A stretch of 51,276 nt of DNA. It comes from Flavobacteriaceae bacterium TMED179. GTDB taxonomy: Bacteria; Bacteroidota; Bacteroidia; Flavobacteriales; Flavobacteriaceae. Shown piece by piece: positions 18,442 through 28,725 of the stretch (within the stretch, counting starts at the first letter, position 1; every line of letters begins with the position of its first letter). Position numbers and translations under genes: made by a program. The stretch is from the NCBI GenBank assembly GCA_002169865.1, contig NHIC01000008.1:10313-61588 (forward strand). The letters run 5' to 3'. Under the pieces are notes generated by a model, which was given only the letters and a program-made list of their open reading frames with translations, was not told the origin of the DNA and did no database searches.

Positions 18442-20196
18442 ATGAATTTCTTCAAAAGTTTTTTGGCATCCTTCATTGGAACCTTTTTAGCGTTCGGACT
18501 ATTAACGATTTTCTTTTTTATGGGTATCGCTACCATTGCCACCTCCATAAATTTTCAAAAGAATCAGGGTACTTGGGTCAGTGAAAATAGTGTCTTAGAA
18601 TTGGATCTAAATTCAGTAATCTCAGATAGGAGTCCCAAGTTTAATCAGCTTAAGAGCTTTTCTGATTTTGGCACTGTAATAGCGGGAATGGATAAAATTT
18701 TAGGTAGTATCAACAAGGCCAAAGAGGATGATAAGATAAAAGGAATCAAGTTACGATCTGGCTTAATCAGCTCAGGCTGGGCACAAGCCAGAGAAATCAG
18801 AAAAGCCCTTGCTGAATTTAAAACCTCAGGTAAGTTCATCTATGCCTACTCAGATTTTATGTCACAAAAAGGATACTATGTGAGTTCTGTAGCTGACAGT
18901 ATTTTTATGAATCCTCTAGGGGTAATGGAGCTTAAAGGTCTTTCTTCAGAAGTACTTTATTATGAGGATTTCCAAAATCAATACGGTGTCAAAATGGAAG
19001 TGATACGCCATGGAAAATACAAAAGCGCCGTGGAACCCTATTTACAAGATCAAATGAGTTTAGAAAATCGCACACAAATACAAGGCCTTCTGAATGCGGT
19101 ATGGGGAACCCTTAGAGATGAGGTGTCCGAAAGTAGGGGGTTGGCATCTAATACAATCGATGCTCTTGCTGATGACTTGGTCATCACAGATGCTGGGGAG
19201 GCTTTGGCGCAAGGACTTATTGACGGTTTGATCTATGAAAAGGGTTTTGAAAATAAAATTAAGGCAGCTCTTGAAATCGATGCAGCGGAAGAGTACAAAG
19301 TAATGAGCTTCAATAAAATAAACGTTCGAATCAAAGAGTATAACAAGGAAATAACCGACCGTATTGCCATCGTCTATGCCCAAGGGCCCATATTGTACAC
19401 CGAAGGGAGTGAGGAAATCATTGGAAAAGAATCCATCAATAAAGCTTTTGAAGAAATATTGGACAGTAAAAAAATTAAAGCAGTTGTCTTGCGCATAGAC
19501 TCCCCTGGAGGGGATGCGATGAGTTCAGAAATCATACTCAATGCCTCAAGAGCGCTAAAAGGTAAAAAGCCTTTTGTGGTCTCTATGGGCAACGTCGCTG
19601 CCTCTGGAGGCTATTACATTGCATGCTTGGCCGATAGAATTTTTGCAGACCCCATGACGGTCACAGGTTCCATTGGTGTGTTGGCCGCCTTTCCCAACAT
19701 AAGGGGTATAGCCAATAAAATAGGCATAAATGCAGAGCAGGTAATGACCCATGACAATGCTATGGGTTATAGTGTTTTTGAACCCCTAAGCGGTGGATTT
19801 AAAAAAAGTACAATAGCCACCATCGAAAAAGTATATCACACATTCAAATCACGTGTAGCAGAGGGAAGATCTCTGAGCATGGAAGTAGTAGAGGAAATTG
19901 CTCAAGGTAGGGTGTGGTCTGGAAAAGAAGCAATTCAAGTAGGATTGGTGGATGCATTAGGCGGACTGAAAGAGGCCATCACAGCCGCAGCAGAATTGGC
20001 AGAAATTGAAAACTACAACTTGGTGGATTATCCCAAATATGAAGACAATTTGGAAAGTATATTCTTTGATGCCTTTGCTATAGCCAAAACAAAACTATTA
20101 CAACACCCTCTAGAAAAATACGCCTCAGAATTTATCGAACTTAGCCAGCTAGAAGGAATCCAAACCAGAATTCCTTATTCGATTAAAATGGAATAA
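18442..20196 (+). CDS. sppA: signal peptide peptidase SppA, 67K type
   Basis: N-terminal TM segment followed by two S49 domains. Motifs include RIDSPGGD and GNVAASGGYYIA. Confidence 0.85.
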   Translation: MNFFKSFLASFIGTFLAFGLLTIFFFMGIATIATSINFQKNQGTWVSENSVLELDLNSVISDRSPKFNQLKSFSDFGTVIAGMDKILGSINKAKEDDKIKGIKLRSGLISSGWAQAREIRKALAEFKTSGKFIYAYSDFMSQKGYYVSSVADSIFMNPLGVMELKGLSSEVLYYEDFQNQYGVKMEVIRHGKYKSAVEPYLQDQMSLENRTQIQGLLNAVWGTLRDEVSESRGLASNTIDALADDLVITDAGEALAQGLIDGLIYEKGFENKIKAALEIDAAEEYKVMSFNKINVRIKEYNKEITDRIAIVYAQGPILYTEGSEEIIGKESINKAFEEILDSKKIKAVVLRIDSPGGDAMSSEIILNASRALKGKKPFVVSMGNVAASGGYYIACLADRIFADPMTVTGSIGVLAAFPNIRGIANKIGINAEQVMTHDNAMGYSVFEPLSGGFKKSTIATIEKVYHTFKSRVAEGRSLSMEVVEEIAQGRVWSGKEAIQVGLVDALGGLKEAITAAAELAEIENYNLVDYPKYEDNLESIFFDAFAIAKTKLLQHPLEKYASEFIELSQLEGIQTRIPYSIKME

Positions 20197-20898
20197 ATGA
20201 AACCACAACAGCGGCAGCTCGCGGCCAAGATTTATATATATCTCTCTGCTTTGTTCATTACCTCACTGGTAGTGTCAAATCTAATTTTTCAAAAGTTTTT
20301 TTACTGGTATCCCTTTAAAGGGGAAATTTTTGGAAGTAGATTATTCGAGCTATCAGTTGGTATCTTGCCTTACCCCCTCACCTTTTTAATCACCGATTTA
20401 ATTTCTGAAATCTATGGAAAAAAAGCCGCCAATCGTGTAGTTACTGCTGGCATATTTGCCTCTTTCTTTTCGATAGGGATATTACTGGTGGCAGATTACG
20501 TACCTGCTTTGGAAAGTTCACCTGTTGACGATGCCACGTTCACTAAAGTGTTTTCACTTTCCCCCCTAGCGGTTTTAGCGTCTATGATTGCTTATTTGTT
20601 CGCCCAATTCTTCGATATAAAGATTTACCATTATTGGAAAAAATTAACCCAAGGGAAAATGCTGTGGTTACGGAATAACTTCTCTACTTTTACCTCACAG
20701 TTTTTAGATACTTTTTCTGTAGTACTCTTGCTTAGCGTTTTTGGAATTTTACCTTGGGATTTGTTTACCGGATTGGTGATTTCTGGATTTGTTTTTAAAG
20801 TTATTGTAGCCGCATTTGATACCCCACTACTTTATTTGTTTGTATGGATCTTCAGAAAAAAATTTGACTTAAAACCGGGGGAAGAAATCAAGCTATAA
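20197..20898 (+). CDS. yhhQ: queuosine-precursor transporter (YhhQ/VUT family)
   Basis: 233-aa polytopic protein with PYPLTFLITDLISEIYG and FFDIKIYHYWK motifs. The start codon directly abuts the sppA stop. Confidence 0.7.
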   Translation: MKPQQRQLAAKIYIYLSALFITSLVVSNLIFQKFFYWYPFKGEIFGSRLFELSVGILPYPLTFLITDLISEIYGKKAANRVVTAGIFASFFSIGILLVADYVPALESSPVDDATFTKVFSLSPLAVLASMIAYLFAQFFDIKIYHYWKKLTQGKMLWLRNNFSTFTSQFLDTFSVVLLLSVFGILPWDLFTGLVISGFVFKVIVAAFDTPLLYLFVWIFRKKFDLKPGEEIKL

Positions 20899-20899
20899 A

Positions 20900-21628
20900 T
20901 TGGAAAATCCTAGCCTTACCCGAATCAATAAATACCTGAGTGAAATAGGCTACTGCTCAAGACGGGAGGCAGATCGTTTGATCCAAGCTGGAAGGGTTTT
21001 GGTCAATGGAAAAAAAGCTGAAATGGGAGTTAAGGTTAGTCCAAATGACAAGATTTCTGTCAATGGAGAAATGCTCAACCAATCCAAAAACAAAAATGTT
21101 TATCTGGCTTTCAATAAACCCAAAGGCATTGTATGCACCACCGATAACCGTGCGGAAAAAGACAACATTATTGACTTTATCAATTATCCGAAAAGAATTT
21201 TTCCCATCGGAAGGTTGGACAAACCCAGTGAGGGACTGATATTTTTGACCAACGATGGGGACATTGTCAATAAAATACTACGTGCCCGCAACAATCACGA
21301 GAAAGAATACATCGTTACGGTCAACAAACCCATCACCAAAGATTTGATCCATAAAATGAGTAATGGTGTTCCCATTTTGGATACAGTTTCGAGAAAGTGT
21401 TTTGTGAAACAAACCCATAAAAACCAGTTCAGAATCATTTTGACCCAAGGATTGAATAGACAAATCCGCAGGATGTGCGAGTACTTGAATTACAAGGTAA
21501 CCAATCTTAAAAGGGTGCGGATCATGAATATAAAATTGGACGTAAAAGTGGGAAAATGGCGCTACCTCAAACCAGAGGAATTAATGAAACTCAAACAACT
21601 ACTTAACGAATCTTCAAAAACTGTCTAG
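20900..21628 (+). CDS. rluF: rRNA pseudouridine synthase, RsuA/RluF family
   Basis: S4 domain RINKYLSEIGYCSRREADRLIQAGRVLVNG and catalytic motif GRLDKPSEGLIFLTNDG. TTG start 1 nt after the yhhQ stop. Confidence 0.8.
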   Translation: MENPSLTRINKYLSEIGYCSRREADRLIQAGRVLVNGKKAEMGVKVSPNDKISVNGEMLNQSKNKNVYLAFNKPKGIVCTTDNRAEKDNIIDFINYPKRIFPIGRLDKPSEGLIFLTNDGDIVNKILRARNNHEKEYIVTVNKPITKDLIHKMSNGVPILDTVSRKCFVKQTHKNQFRIILTQGLNRQIRRMCEYLNYKVTNLKRVRIMNIKLDVKVGKWRYLKPEELMKLKQLLNESSKTV

Positions 21629-22198
21629 ACTCACCTTTCTAACTTATTCAATAAAATGATTAAAAATGTCGAAAGTTAATGATGGCCAAGAATTTGAAAT
21701 ATGATCTAAGTATCCTCAATTCTGAAGTAACCTATGGTATTATTTTTTAACCCTCCTCCATATTCTGACAAAACCAATCGGATATTTTTATTATTTGAGT
21801 TCATTTTTTTATTTACAAAGTGTTGAGTTAATAATTAGAGCTGAACTATTTGACGCTAAAAATACAAATGCCAAAACTCTAATGTGTATTAATTTTTTGA
21901 GTTTAAAAATCAGAACTACTGTGAATAAATAAAACATAACAGATAACCGAAAAAAGACTTTGGGCGATGTGTGTAATAATTGTGAATATAGGTGAACCCA
22001 GAAATAATGACTTGTATCCAAAAAACAGACCTTTCTCGATTGATATACTTAAATAGTTTTAAGGACCGATTGGTGGGTGCTCCATAAATCAGAAATTGAG
22101 TTTCTATAAAATCGAGTAGGCAAAGTCATTGTAAAGAATAGAGATTATAGCTTTGCTGAGACATAATTTAGATTCATTTTGGACCTTATAATAAAAAA

Positions 22199-22990
22199 CT
22201 AACTTATATTTATTTCCACTACTGTTCCTTCATTTGAACGAATATTGTAAACCGTTTGATCCTCAAATATTAAGTACTGTCCCTTTATTCCTTTTAGCAC
22301 ACCTGTAAAAGTATTTTCTTTCTCCAAGTTTAAACTTTGAACCTTTCTAGGATATTGCAAAACGGGAAATTTTAATTCAGTAATCTCGTGATCTCGAAAG
22401 AGGTGTTGTTTTAACTCCTTGGGTAAACCATCGATAGCTTGATTAATAGCCTTCTGCCACTGGACTTCCTCGTAGTCATTTTGTAACATTTTACGCCAAT
22501 TCGTCTTGTCCGAGAAATATTTTTTTAGACTTACTTCAGCAACACCTGCCAAATAACGATTAGGGACTTCCAAAATTCCTACGGCTTGATGAGCGCCTTG
22601 GTCAATCCATCTCGTGGGAATCTGACTCTTACGGGTAACGCCCACTTTGAGGTGACTGCTGAGTGCTAAATAAACCCAATGGGGTTGTAACTGAACTTTT
22701 TTTTCATATTCCAAGTCTCGGTCCTCCTTTCCCAAATGGGCTTTACTTAATTCAGGTCGCATCACCCAGTCTCCTGCAGAAGGAATTTCAAAAAAACAAT
22801 TTTTACAAAAACCCTGTCGGAAAATAGGTTTTGAATCTTGACAACTCAAACATTGAGTTCCAACAAAATCCAGTTTGATAGTTTCATCCAAGAATTGATT
22901 TGCCTCAAAAAAGTCATTTTGAAAATTAAGAAAGTAACGAATAGGCTCTCCAATTTCCGCAATCATTTTCTTTAAAACTCCTTTGAACAT
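22199..22990 (-). CDS. DUF2797-family protein (zinc-ribbon-containing)
   Basis: Contains CLSCQ...CKNCFF and LQPHWVYLALSSHLKVGVTRKSQIPTRWIDQGA, as recalled for DUF2797. First ATG is at 22990 (MFKGVLKK). Confidence 0.6.
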   Translation of the reverse strand: MFKGVLKKMIAEIGEPIRYFLNFQNDFFEANQFLDETIKLDFVGTQCLSCQDSKPIFRQGFCKNCFFEIPSAGDWVMRPELSKAHLGKEDRDLEYEKKVQLQPHWVYLALSSHLKVGVTRKSQIPTRWIDQGAHQAVGILEVPNRYLAGVAEVSLKKYFSDKTNWRKMLQNDYEEVQWQKAINQAIDGLPKELKQHLFRDHEITELKFPVLQYPRKVQSLNLEKENTFTGVLKGIKGQYLIFEDQTVYNIRSNEGTVVEINIS

Positions 22991-23007
22991 ATTTTGTCTA
23001 AAGTTTA

Positions 23008-23015
23008 TACTTTTG
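23008..23015 (+). promoter_or_regulatory. -7 promoter box (TACTTTTG) for the GH3-family gene
   Basis: Exact TAnnTTTG, 24 nt upstream of the ATG at 23039. It lies inside the track's extended TTG-start ORF, which argues for the 23039 start. Confidence 0.45.
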
Positions 23016-23038
23016 TTTTTAAAGATACATATATTATT

Positions 23039-24559
23039 ATGCCAATTCCCCTTTTCAATTCTGTCGCATCTTGGTTTCTTAAGAAGCGAATTCATCAGAT
23101 GGAATTGTTTATGAAGTATCCCAACGAAGTACAACAGGAATTGTTACACGGTCTTTTGAATAGTGCCACGAAAACTGAACTAGGAAAATCAAATGATTTT
23201 GATTCTATTAAAAATTATAACGACTTCAAAAACCGTTTACCCATAGTATCTTACGAAGATATTGTTGATCAAATAGAACGGTGCAGAAAAGGAGAGCAAA
23301 ATATTTTCTGGCCCACTAATATCAAATGGTTTGCCAAATCTAGCGGCACTACCAATGCTAAAAGTAAATTCATTCCCATAAGTCACGAGTCACTAGAAGA
23401 TTGTCATTACAAGGCAGGAAAAGACATGCTTTCTATATATTACAACAACAATGAAGAGGCTCAAATCTTGGCGGGAAAATGTTTACGATTAGGTGGTAGC
23501 AGCGAATTGTATCAAAATACAGATACTTATTTCGGGGACCTTTCGGCCATTATAATTGATAACCTTCCCTTTTGGGCGGAGCTTGGAAGTACACCCAGTC
23601 ACAAAGTGTCCCTCATGTCTGAATGGGAGACAAAAATGGAGGCCATTATCAAAGAAACATTGGAGGAGCGTGTAACTAGCCTAGCGGGAGTTCCCTCTTG
23701 GATGCTTGTTTTATTGCAAAATGTATTGAAAAAAAAGCAAAAAGCCACTATCACCGAGGTCTGGCCTATGGTAGAGGTGTACTTCCATGGAGGGGTAAGT
23801 TTTCATCCCTACCGAAAGCAATTTGAAAATTTGTTCAAGGGAATTGATCTTAAATTTTTTGAAATTTATAATGCCTCCGAGGGGTTTTTTGGAATGCAAT
23901 ATCAAAATGACTCTAATGAACTGTTACTGATGCTGGATTATGGTATTTTTTATGAATTTATACCCATGGATAAGTCTGAACGAGATGAAACGGAGACAAT
24001 CATTCCTCTAAGTGAGGTAGAATTGAGAAAAAACTATGCAATGGTAATCACGACCAATTCAGGATTGTGGCGTTATAAAATCGGAGATACTATAAAATTC
24101 ACAAACTTGAGTCCCTACAGAATTCAAATCACTGGAAGAACAAAAAATCACATCAATGTATTTGGGGAGGAGTTGATGATTGAAAATGCAGAGTTAGCAC
24201 TTAGCAAAGCTGCTAGAGCTATGGATTTGAGTATTGTAGACTATACGGCTGCTCCCATCTTTATGAGGACAGATAGAAAAGGGGGACACCAATGGTTGAT
24301 TGAATTCAAAATTCCACCCAAGGATAGGCAGCGATTTATAAACTTACTCGATCAATTTTTAAAAGAGGAAAACTCTGATTATGAAGCTAAAAGATACAAA
24401 AATATGACCCTCTCATTGCCCAAACTGGACATCGCTAAAAAAAACCTATTTTATAATTGGATGGCACAAAAAAAAAAATTAGGGGGGCAACACAAGGTTC
24501 CAAGACTATCCAATAAAAGAGATTTATTGGAAGAACTACTTAAAATAAATAACCAGTAA
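23039..24559 (+). CDS. GH3 ('auxin-responsive promoter') family adenylating enzyme homologue
   Basis: About 506 aa. Shows FAKSSGTT (adenylation-type motif), YNASEGFFG, and the N-terminal FLKKRIHQMELFMKYPNEVQ typical of bacterial GH3 proteins. Confidence 0.7.
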   Translation: MPIPLFNSVASWFLKKRIHQMELFMKYPNEVQQELLHGLLNSATKTELGKSNDFDSIKNYNDFKNRLPIVSYEDIVDQIERCRKGEQNIFWPTNIKWFAKSSGTTNAKSKFIPISHESLEDCHYKAGKDMLSIYYNNNEEAQILAGKCLRLGGSSELYQNTDTYFGDLSAIIIDNLPFWAELGSTPSHKVSLMSEWETKMEAIIKETLEERVTSLAGVPSWMLVLLQNVLKKKQKATITEVWPMVEVYFHGGVSFHPYRKQFENLFKGIDLKFFEIYNASEGFFGMQYQNDSNELLLMLDYGIFYEFIPMDKSERDETETIIPLSEVELRKNYAMVITTNSGLWRYKIGDTIKFTNLSPYRIQITGRTKNHINVFGEELMIENAELALSKAARAMDLSIVDYTAAPIFMRTDRKGGHQWLIEFKIPPKDRQRFINLLDQFLKEENSDYEAKRYKNMTLSLPKLDIAKKNLFYNWMAQKKKLGGQHKVPRLSNKRDLLEELLKINNQ

Positions 24560-24560
24560 T

Positions 24561-25790
24561 TTAAGAAACAACTTTTAATGCAGGCAACTCAATTTTCGCA
24601 AGTCTTTGCTCAACATAGCTTTTAGTCACTTTCAAAGCGTTGACATCTGACTCAGGCAATTCAAACATAGCTTCATTTAGTACTGCTTCACAAAGTGAGC
24701 GTAAACCTCTAGCTCCTAACTTGTATTCCAAAGCCTTATCAACTATATAATCCAGGGCTCCTAGCGTAAAGGTTAACTCAATTCCGTCCATTTCAAACAG
24801 TTGAATATATTGCTTTATCAGTGCGTTTTTGGGGGTAGTCAAAATGGTACTAAGTGTTTCTTTATCCAAAGGGTTCATATAGGTTAGGACGGGTAAACGT
24901 CCAATAATTTCTGGGATTAACCCAAAAGACCTTATATCTCGTGGAGTAATGTACTGCAATACATTCTTAGCATCTACTTTTTCCAACTCCTTTTTGGTAT
25001 TGTAACCTATGGCTTGTAAATTCAGACGCTTATTGATGGCACGTTCAATCCCATCAAATGCCCCTCCAGCAATAAACAAAATATTGGAAGTGTCAACTTC
25101 AATAAATTTTTGATCGGGATGTTTTCTGCCACCCTTAGGAGGTACATTTACTTTAGTACCCTCTAGAAGTTTTAGAAGTGCTTGTTGGACGCCCTCTCCA
25201 GAAACATCTCGGGTAATAGAGGGATTGTCTCCCTTACGAGCAATTTTGTCTATTTCGTCAATAAATACAATTCCATACTGGGCCTTATCAATATCATAGT
25301 CAGCTGCTTGAAGTAATTTGGTAAGGATGCTTTCGACATCTTCACCTACATAGCCTGCCTCGGTCAAAACCGTAGCATCAACAATTGCTAAGGGTACTTT
25401 GAGAAGTTTAGAAATAGTTTGTGCCAAAAGGGTTTTTCCTGTTCCCGTCTGACCTACCAAGATAACATTGCTCTTCTGGATTTCAATTTCACTTTTACCA
25501 TTTAATTGGTTAATGCGTTTATAGTGGTTGTATACCGCAACAGAAAGTATCTTTTTTGCAGATTCCTGACCGATTACATAATCGTCTAAAAAGGATTTGA
25601 TCTTTTTGGGGGGATGTAACTCTAGGTCAAGCTTAGCCTCACCTTTTTCTTCGGTAGTTTCCTCCTTTACAATACCATAAGCTTGAAGAATACACTTATC
25701 ACAGATGTGAGCATCCAAACCCGCAATCAGCAATTGTGTTTGAGGTTTGGCTCTACCACAAAAGGAGCAGTTTAATTTTTCTTTACTCAT
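24561..25790 (-). CDS. clpX: ATP-dependent Clp protease ATP-binding subunit ClpX
   Basis: C4 zinc ribbon CSFCGR...CDKC, Walker A GQTGTGKT, and IVFIDEIDK. Confidence 0.95.
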   Translation of the reverse strand: MSKEKLNCSFCGRAKPQTQLLIAGLDAHICDKCILQAYGIVKEETTEEKGEAKLDLELHPPKKIKSFLDDYVIGQESAKKILSVAVYNHYKRINQLNGKSEIEIQKSNVILVGQTGTGKTLLAQTISKLLKVPLAIVDATVLTEAGYVGEDVESILTKLLQAADYDIDKAQYGIVFIDEIDKIARKGDNPSITRDVSGEGVQQALLKLLEGTKVNVPPKGGRKHPDQKFIEVDTSNILFIAGGAFDGIERAINKRLNLQAIGYNTKKELEKVDAKNVLQYITPRDIRSFGLIPEIIGRLPVLTYMNPLDKETLSTILTTPKNALIKQYIQLFEMDGIELTFTLGALDYIVDKALEYKLGARGLRSLCEAVLNEAMFELPESDVNALKVTKSYVEQRLAKIELPALKVVS

Positions 25791-25796
25791 TTTATT

Positions 25797-26459
25797 TTAC
25801 TTTACACCGCCCAAAACTTCGTCAACCATACCATAGTCTTTAGCCTCATGAGCTTTCATCCAATAGTCACGATCACTGTCTTGGTTGACTTTATCCACAC
25901 TTTGTCCAGATTGCTTGGCAATAATTTGATACAACTCATCTTTGAGTTTTAAAATTTCCCTTGCAGTAATTTCGATATCAGAGGCCTGTCCTTGCGCTCC
26001 TCCAAGTGGTTGGTGAATCATTACTCTAGAATGAGGTAATGCTGAACGCTTCCCTTTCTCTCCTGCACAAAGTAAAACAGCTCCCATAGAAGCTGCCATT
26101 CCTGTACATATGGTGGCAACATCAGGTGTAATAAATTGCATGGTATCATAAATACCCAATCCAGCGTAAACTCCTCCACCTGGCGAATTGATATACATTT
26201 GAATGTCTCTCTTTGCATCTGTACTTTGCAAAAACAAAAGCTGTGCTTGGATTACATTGGCTACACTGTCATTTATCGCCGTTCCCAAAAACATTATCCT
26301 ATCCATCATCAATCGCGAAAAAACATCCATCTGCGCTACATTCAACTGACGTTCCTCAATTATATAAGGGGTCATACTACTAACGATTTTGTCATAATAC
26401 GTGGAGTTAATCCCATGATGTTTTATTGCGAAATCTTTAAACTCTTTTCTGAAGTCCAT
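25797..26459 (-). CDS. clpP: ATP-dependent Clp protease proteolytic subunit ClpP
   Basis: Contains INSPGG, GMAASMGAVLL (active-site Ser) and MIHQPLGG. First ATG is at 26459. Confidence 0.95.
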   Translation of the reverse strand: MDFRKEFKDFAIKHHGINSTYYDKIVSSMTPYIIEERQLNVAQMDVFSRLMMDRIMFLGTAINDSVANVIQAQLLFLQSTDAKRDIQMYINSPGGGVYAGLGIYDTMQFITPDVATICTGMAASMGAVLLCAGEKGKRSALPHSRVMIHQPLGGAQGQASDIEITAREILKLKDELYQIIAKQSGQSVDKVNQDSDRDYWMKAHEAKDYGMVDEVLGGVK

Positions 26460-26494
26460 TTTTAAGTTTATTTCTATAAAATTAATCAAAAAAA

Positions 26495-27823
26495 TTAGCC
26501 TTTACGATAAGCTTCTTTTACAAAAGCATCAAATGACAACTTTTTCTTTTTAAGTGGAAGATTTACCTTGTAAAATTCTAAAAGCTTTTTACTCATCAAT
26601 TGTTCCGAAAGTTTACGCGCCTCCTCATCACTAGACATCATTCTATCAACTATTCCATCGATCTGTTCATCGGGTAACCCTGCTTGTCCATATTGGGTCA
26701 TTTGCTTCAAAATCATTTGTTTAGCAAATTCTTTTAGCTCTTCGATTTTAATTTGAAGATCATGTTCGGCAATTATTTTTCCTTCTATCAATTGGTATCT
26801 TATTCCTTTTTCAGATCGCTCATATTCTTCTTCTGCCGCTTCAGGAGTCAAAGGTTGCTCCCCAGAGTTTTGCATCCACTTTTTCAAAAATTCACCAGGT
26901 AAATCGAACTTAGTTTTTTCTACGAGGTACTCTGTTACATCATTGAGAAGTTTTTGATCAGACTGTTGTTCAAACTGTTTTTCGAGACCTTCTGAAACCT
27001 TAGCTCTCATATCTTTGACAGACTTTACAACATTAGGTCCATAAATTTTATCGAAAAACTCTTGATTCATTTCAGCCAACACCCGCTCATTAATTTCTTT
27101 TATATCAAAGAATATTTCACTACCTATTTGATTTAGTTTATCTGCAGATACACTAAGAATTCTTTTTGCAGTAGCCTCATCTTTAAAAAGATTTTTATAT
27201 CTCAATTCAAGCACATCTCCAACGGTAGCTTTTTTGAATGCAGTGAGCTGAGTCTTGCCTTTGATTTGACTCAAGTCAAAGGTATGTGTCGTGTCAATTT
27301 CTGCTACTTCATTTTTTATGACGGCAGTAATTTCAAAATTATCTATAGCATTTTTTTTTGCTACTAATTTGCCATATTGCTTGCGATAATGTTTTACTTG
27401 ATCATCGATCATCGAATCACTCGCAGTAATTTTATAATGTATCAATTTATTTTTTTCTGTAAACTTTACATCAAAAGAAGGAGAAAGTCCTAATTCAAAA
27501 GTAAAGGAGAGCGTAGCAGCTTTCCAGTCCAACTCATCCTGCATAATAGGTATAGGATTGCCCAAAATATTGAGGTTTTCATCTTTGAGATATTTTTCCA
27601 AATTTTGTTGTAATAATTTATTTACCTCATCAGTAATAACAGCGGTTTCATATTTTTTTTTGATCATTCCCAAAGGTACATGACCTCTTCTAAAACCAGG
27701 AATGTTGGCTTTTTTCCTGTAATCGGACAGAACATTTTTGACTTTGCCTTCAAAATCTTTTTGTTCTATATCTATAATGATCTTAGTATTAAGGTTATCA
27801 ATATCTTTCCGTGAGATCTTCAT
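26495..27823 (-). CDS. tig: trigger factor
   Basis: Ribosome-binding signature PGFRRGHVP. Position upstream of clpP-clpX fits. First ATG is at 27823. Confidence 0.85.
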   Translation of the reverse strand: MKISRKDIDNLNTKIIIDIEQKDFEGKVKNVLSDYRKKANIPGFRRGHVPLGMIKKKYETAVITDEVNKLLQQNLEKYLKDENLNILGNPIPIMQDELDWKAATLSFTFELGLSPSFDVKFTEKNKLIHYKITASDSMIDDQVKHYRKQYGKLVAKKNAIDNFEITAVIKNEVAEIDTTHTFDLSQIKGKTQLTAFKKATVGDVLELRYKNLFKDEATAKRILSVSADKLNQIGSEIFFDIKEINERVLAEMNQEFFDKIYGPNVVKSVKDMRAKVSEGLEKQFEQQSDQKLLNDVTEYLVEKTKFDLPGEFLKKWMQNSGEQPLTPEAAEEEYERSEKGIRYQLIEGKIIAEHDLQIKIEELKEFAKQMILKQMTQYGQAGLPDEQIDGIVDRMMSSDEEARKLSEQLMSKKLLEFYKVNLPLKKKKLSFDAFVKEAYRKG

Positions 27824-27846
27824 ATGAATATGCAAAAATATGGGCG

Positions 27847-27854
27847 CAAAAATA
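27847..27854 (-). promoter_or_regulatory. -7 promoter box (TATTTTTG on minus strand) for tig
   Basis: Exact TAnnTTTG. A second identical copy lies at 27833..27840, closer to the ATG. Confidence 0.4.
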
Positions 27855-27971
27855 CGTTTTTAAAACTGGTTAGCCAAGTTGTTTAATCTACTTAACCTAT
27901 TAAGTATATAGTTTTTTCACTCGAAATCGAGATAAAATAAATAGCAATGATTTGATTTTAAAATTTTATAC

Positions 27972-27979
27972 TAAATTTG
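27972..27979 (+). promoter_or_regulatory. -7 promoter box (TAAATTTG) for rpsP-rimM, with TTTG (-33-like) at 27951..27954
   Basis: Exact TAnnTTTG with an upstream TTTG at 17-nt spacing, 54 nt upstream of the ATG at 28033. Confidence 0.5.
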
Positions 27980-28032
27980 CGATCCTAGAATTAATAATCG
28001 AGGGGTCGGGAACCTCTAAAAATTAATGTGAT

Positions 28033-28689
28033 ATGCCTGTAAGAATTAGACTTCAGAGACACGGAAAAAAAGGTAAACCTTTTTACTGGATCGTTGTGGC
28101 TGACAGCCGCGCTAAAAGAGACGGTCGTTACCTTGAAAAAATTGGAATTTACAATCCCAACACCAACCCCGCTACTGTGGATTTGAACATTGATGAAGCT
28201 GTAAAATGGCTTGAAAATGGAGCTCAACCCTCAGATACTGCTCGAACATTATTATCCTACCGGGGTGCCATGATGAAGCATCATCTCAACGGTGGAGTAA
28301 AAAAAGGGGCTTTCTCCCAAGAAGAGGCTGACAACCGCTTTAACTCTTGGCTGGAGGAAAAACAAAATAAAATCCAAGCCAAAATTGATGGGTTAGATAA
28401 AGTTACAGCAAGTAATTTGGCGCAGAGACTCGAGGCTGAAAAAGCGGTTAATCAAAAAAGAATTTCGGATATGACGGTTACACCTAAGGAAGAAGTTGCT
28501 TCGGAAACTTCAAGTGAAGAGTCTCCGATTACGGAAGCTACTGAGAAAACATCGGCTCCTAAATCCCAGGCTTCCCCTGACGAAGCACCTACTGAAGTTC
28601 TATCTGAAACAGAAGCCTCTCCAGAAGAACCAATAGTCGAAGAGACTTCTGCAAAGGAAACTAAAAGTGAAGATGCTCCAGCCGAGTAA
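28033..28689 (+). CDS. rpsP: 30S ribosomal protein S16 with long acidic Ser/Thr/Glu/Pro-rich C-terminal tail
   Basis: Begins MPVRIRLQRHGKKGKPFYWIVVADSRAKRDGRYLEKIGIYNP. 218 aa. Confidence 0.95.
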   Translation: MPVRIRLQRHGKKGKPFYWIVVADSRAKRDGRYLEKIGIYNPNTNPATVDLNIDEAVKWLENGAQPSDTARTLLSYRGAMMKHHLNGGVKKGAFSQEEADNRFNSWLEEKQNKIQAKIDGLDKVTASNLAQRLEAEKAVNQKRISDMTVTPKEEVASETSSEESPITEATEKTSAPKSQASPDEAPTEVLSETEASPEEPIVEETSAKETKSEDAPAE

Positions 28690-28725
28690 GTCGAATTCAA
28701 AGAATGAATCCCTTCCCAATAAATT

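Noticed and set aside
21809-22021. 70-aa hydrophobic ORF as a real gene
   Set aside because: It has a non-ATG start, no promoter box and no recognisable family. It is treated only as part of a possible relic (see the finding on 21629..22198).
28450-28689. Acidic low-complexity tails on S16 (and on L25 at 41330..41399) as something unusual
   Set aside because: Extended C-terminal tails on these ribosomal proteins are, to my recollection, common in Bacteroidota. The only consequence here is spurious antisense ORFs.
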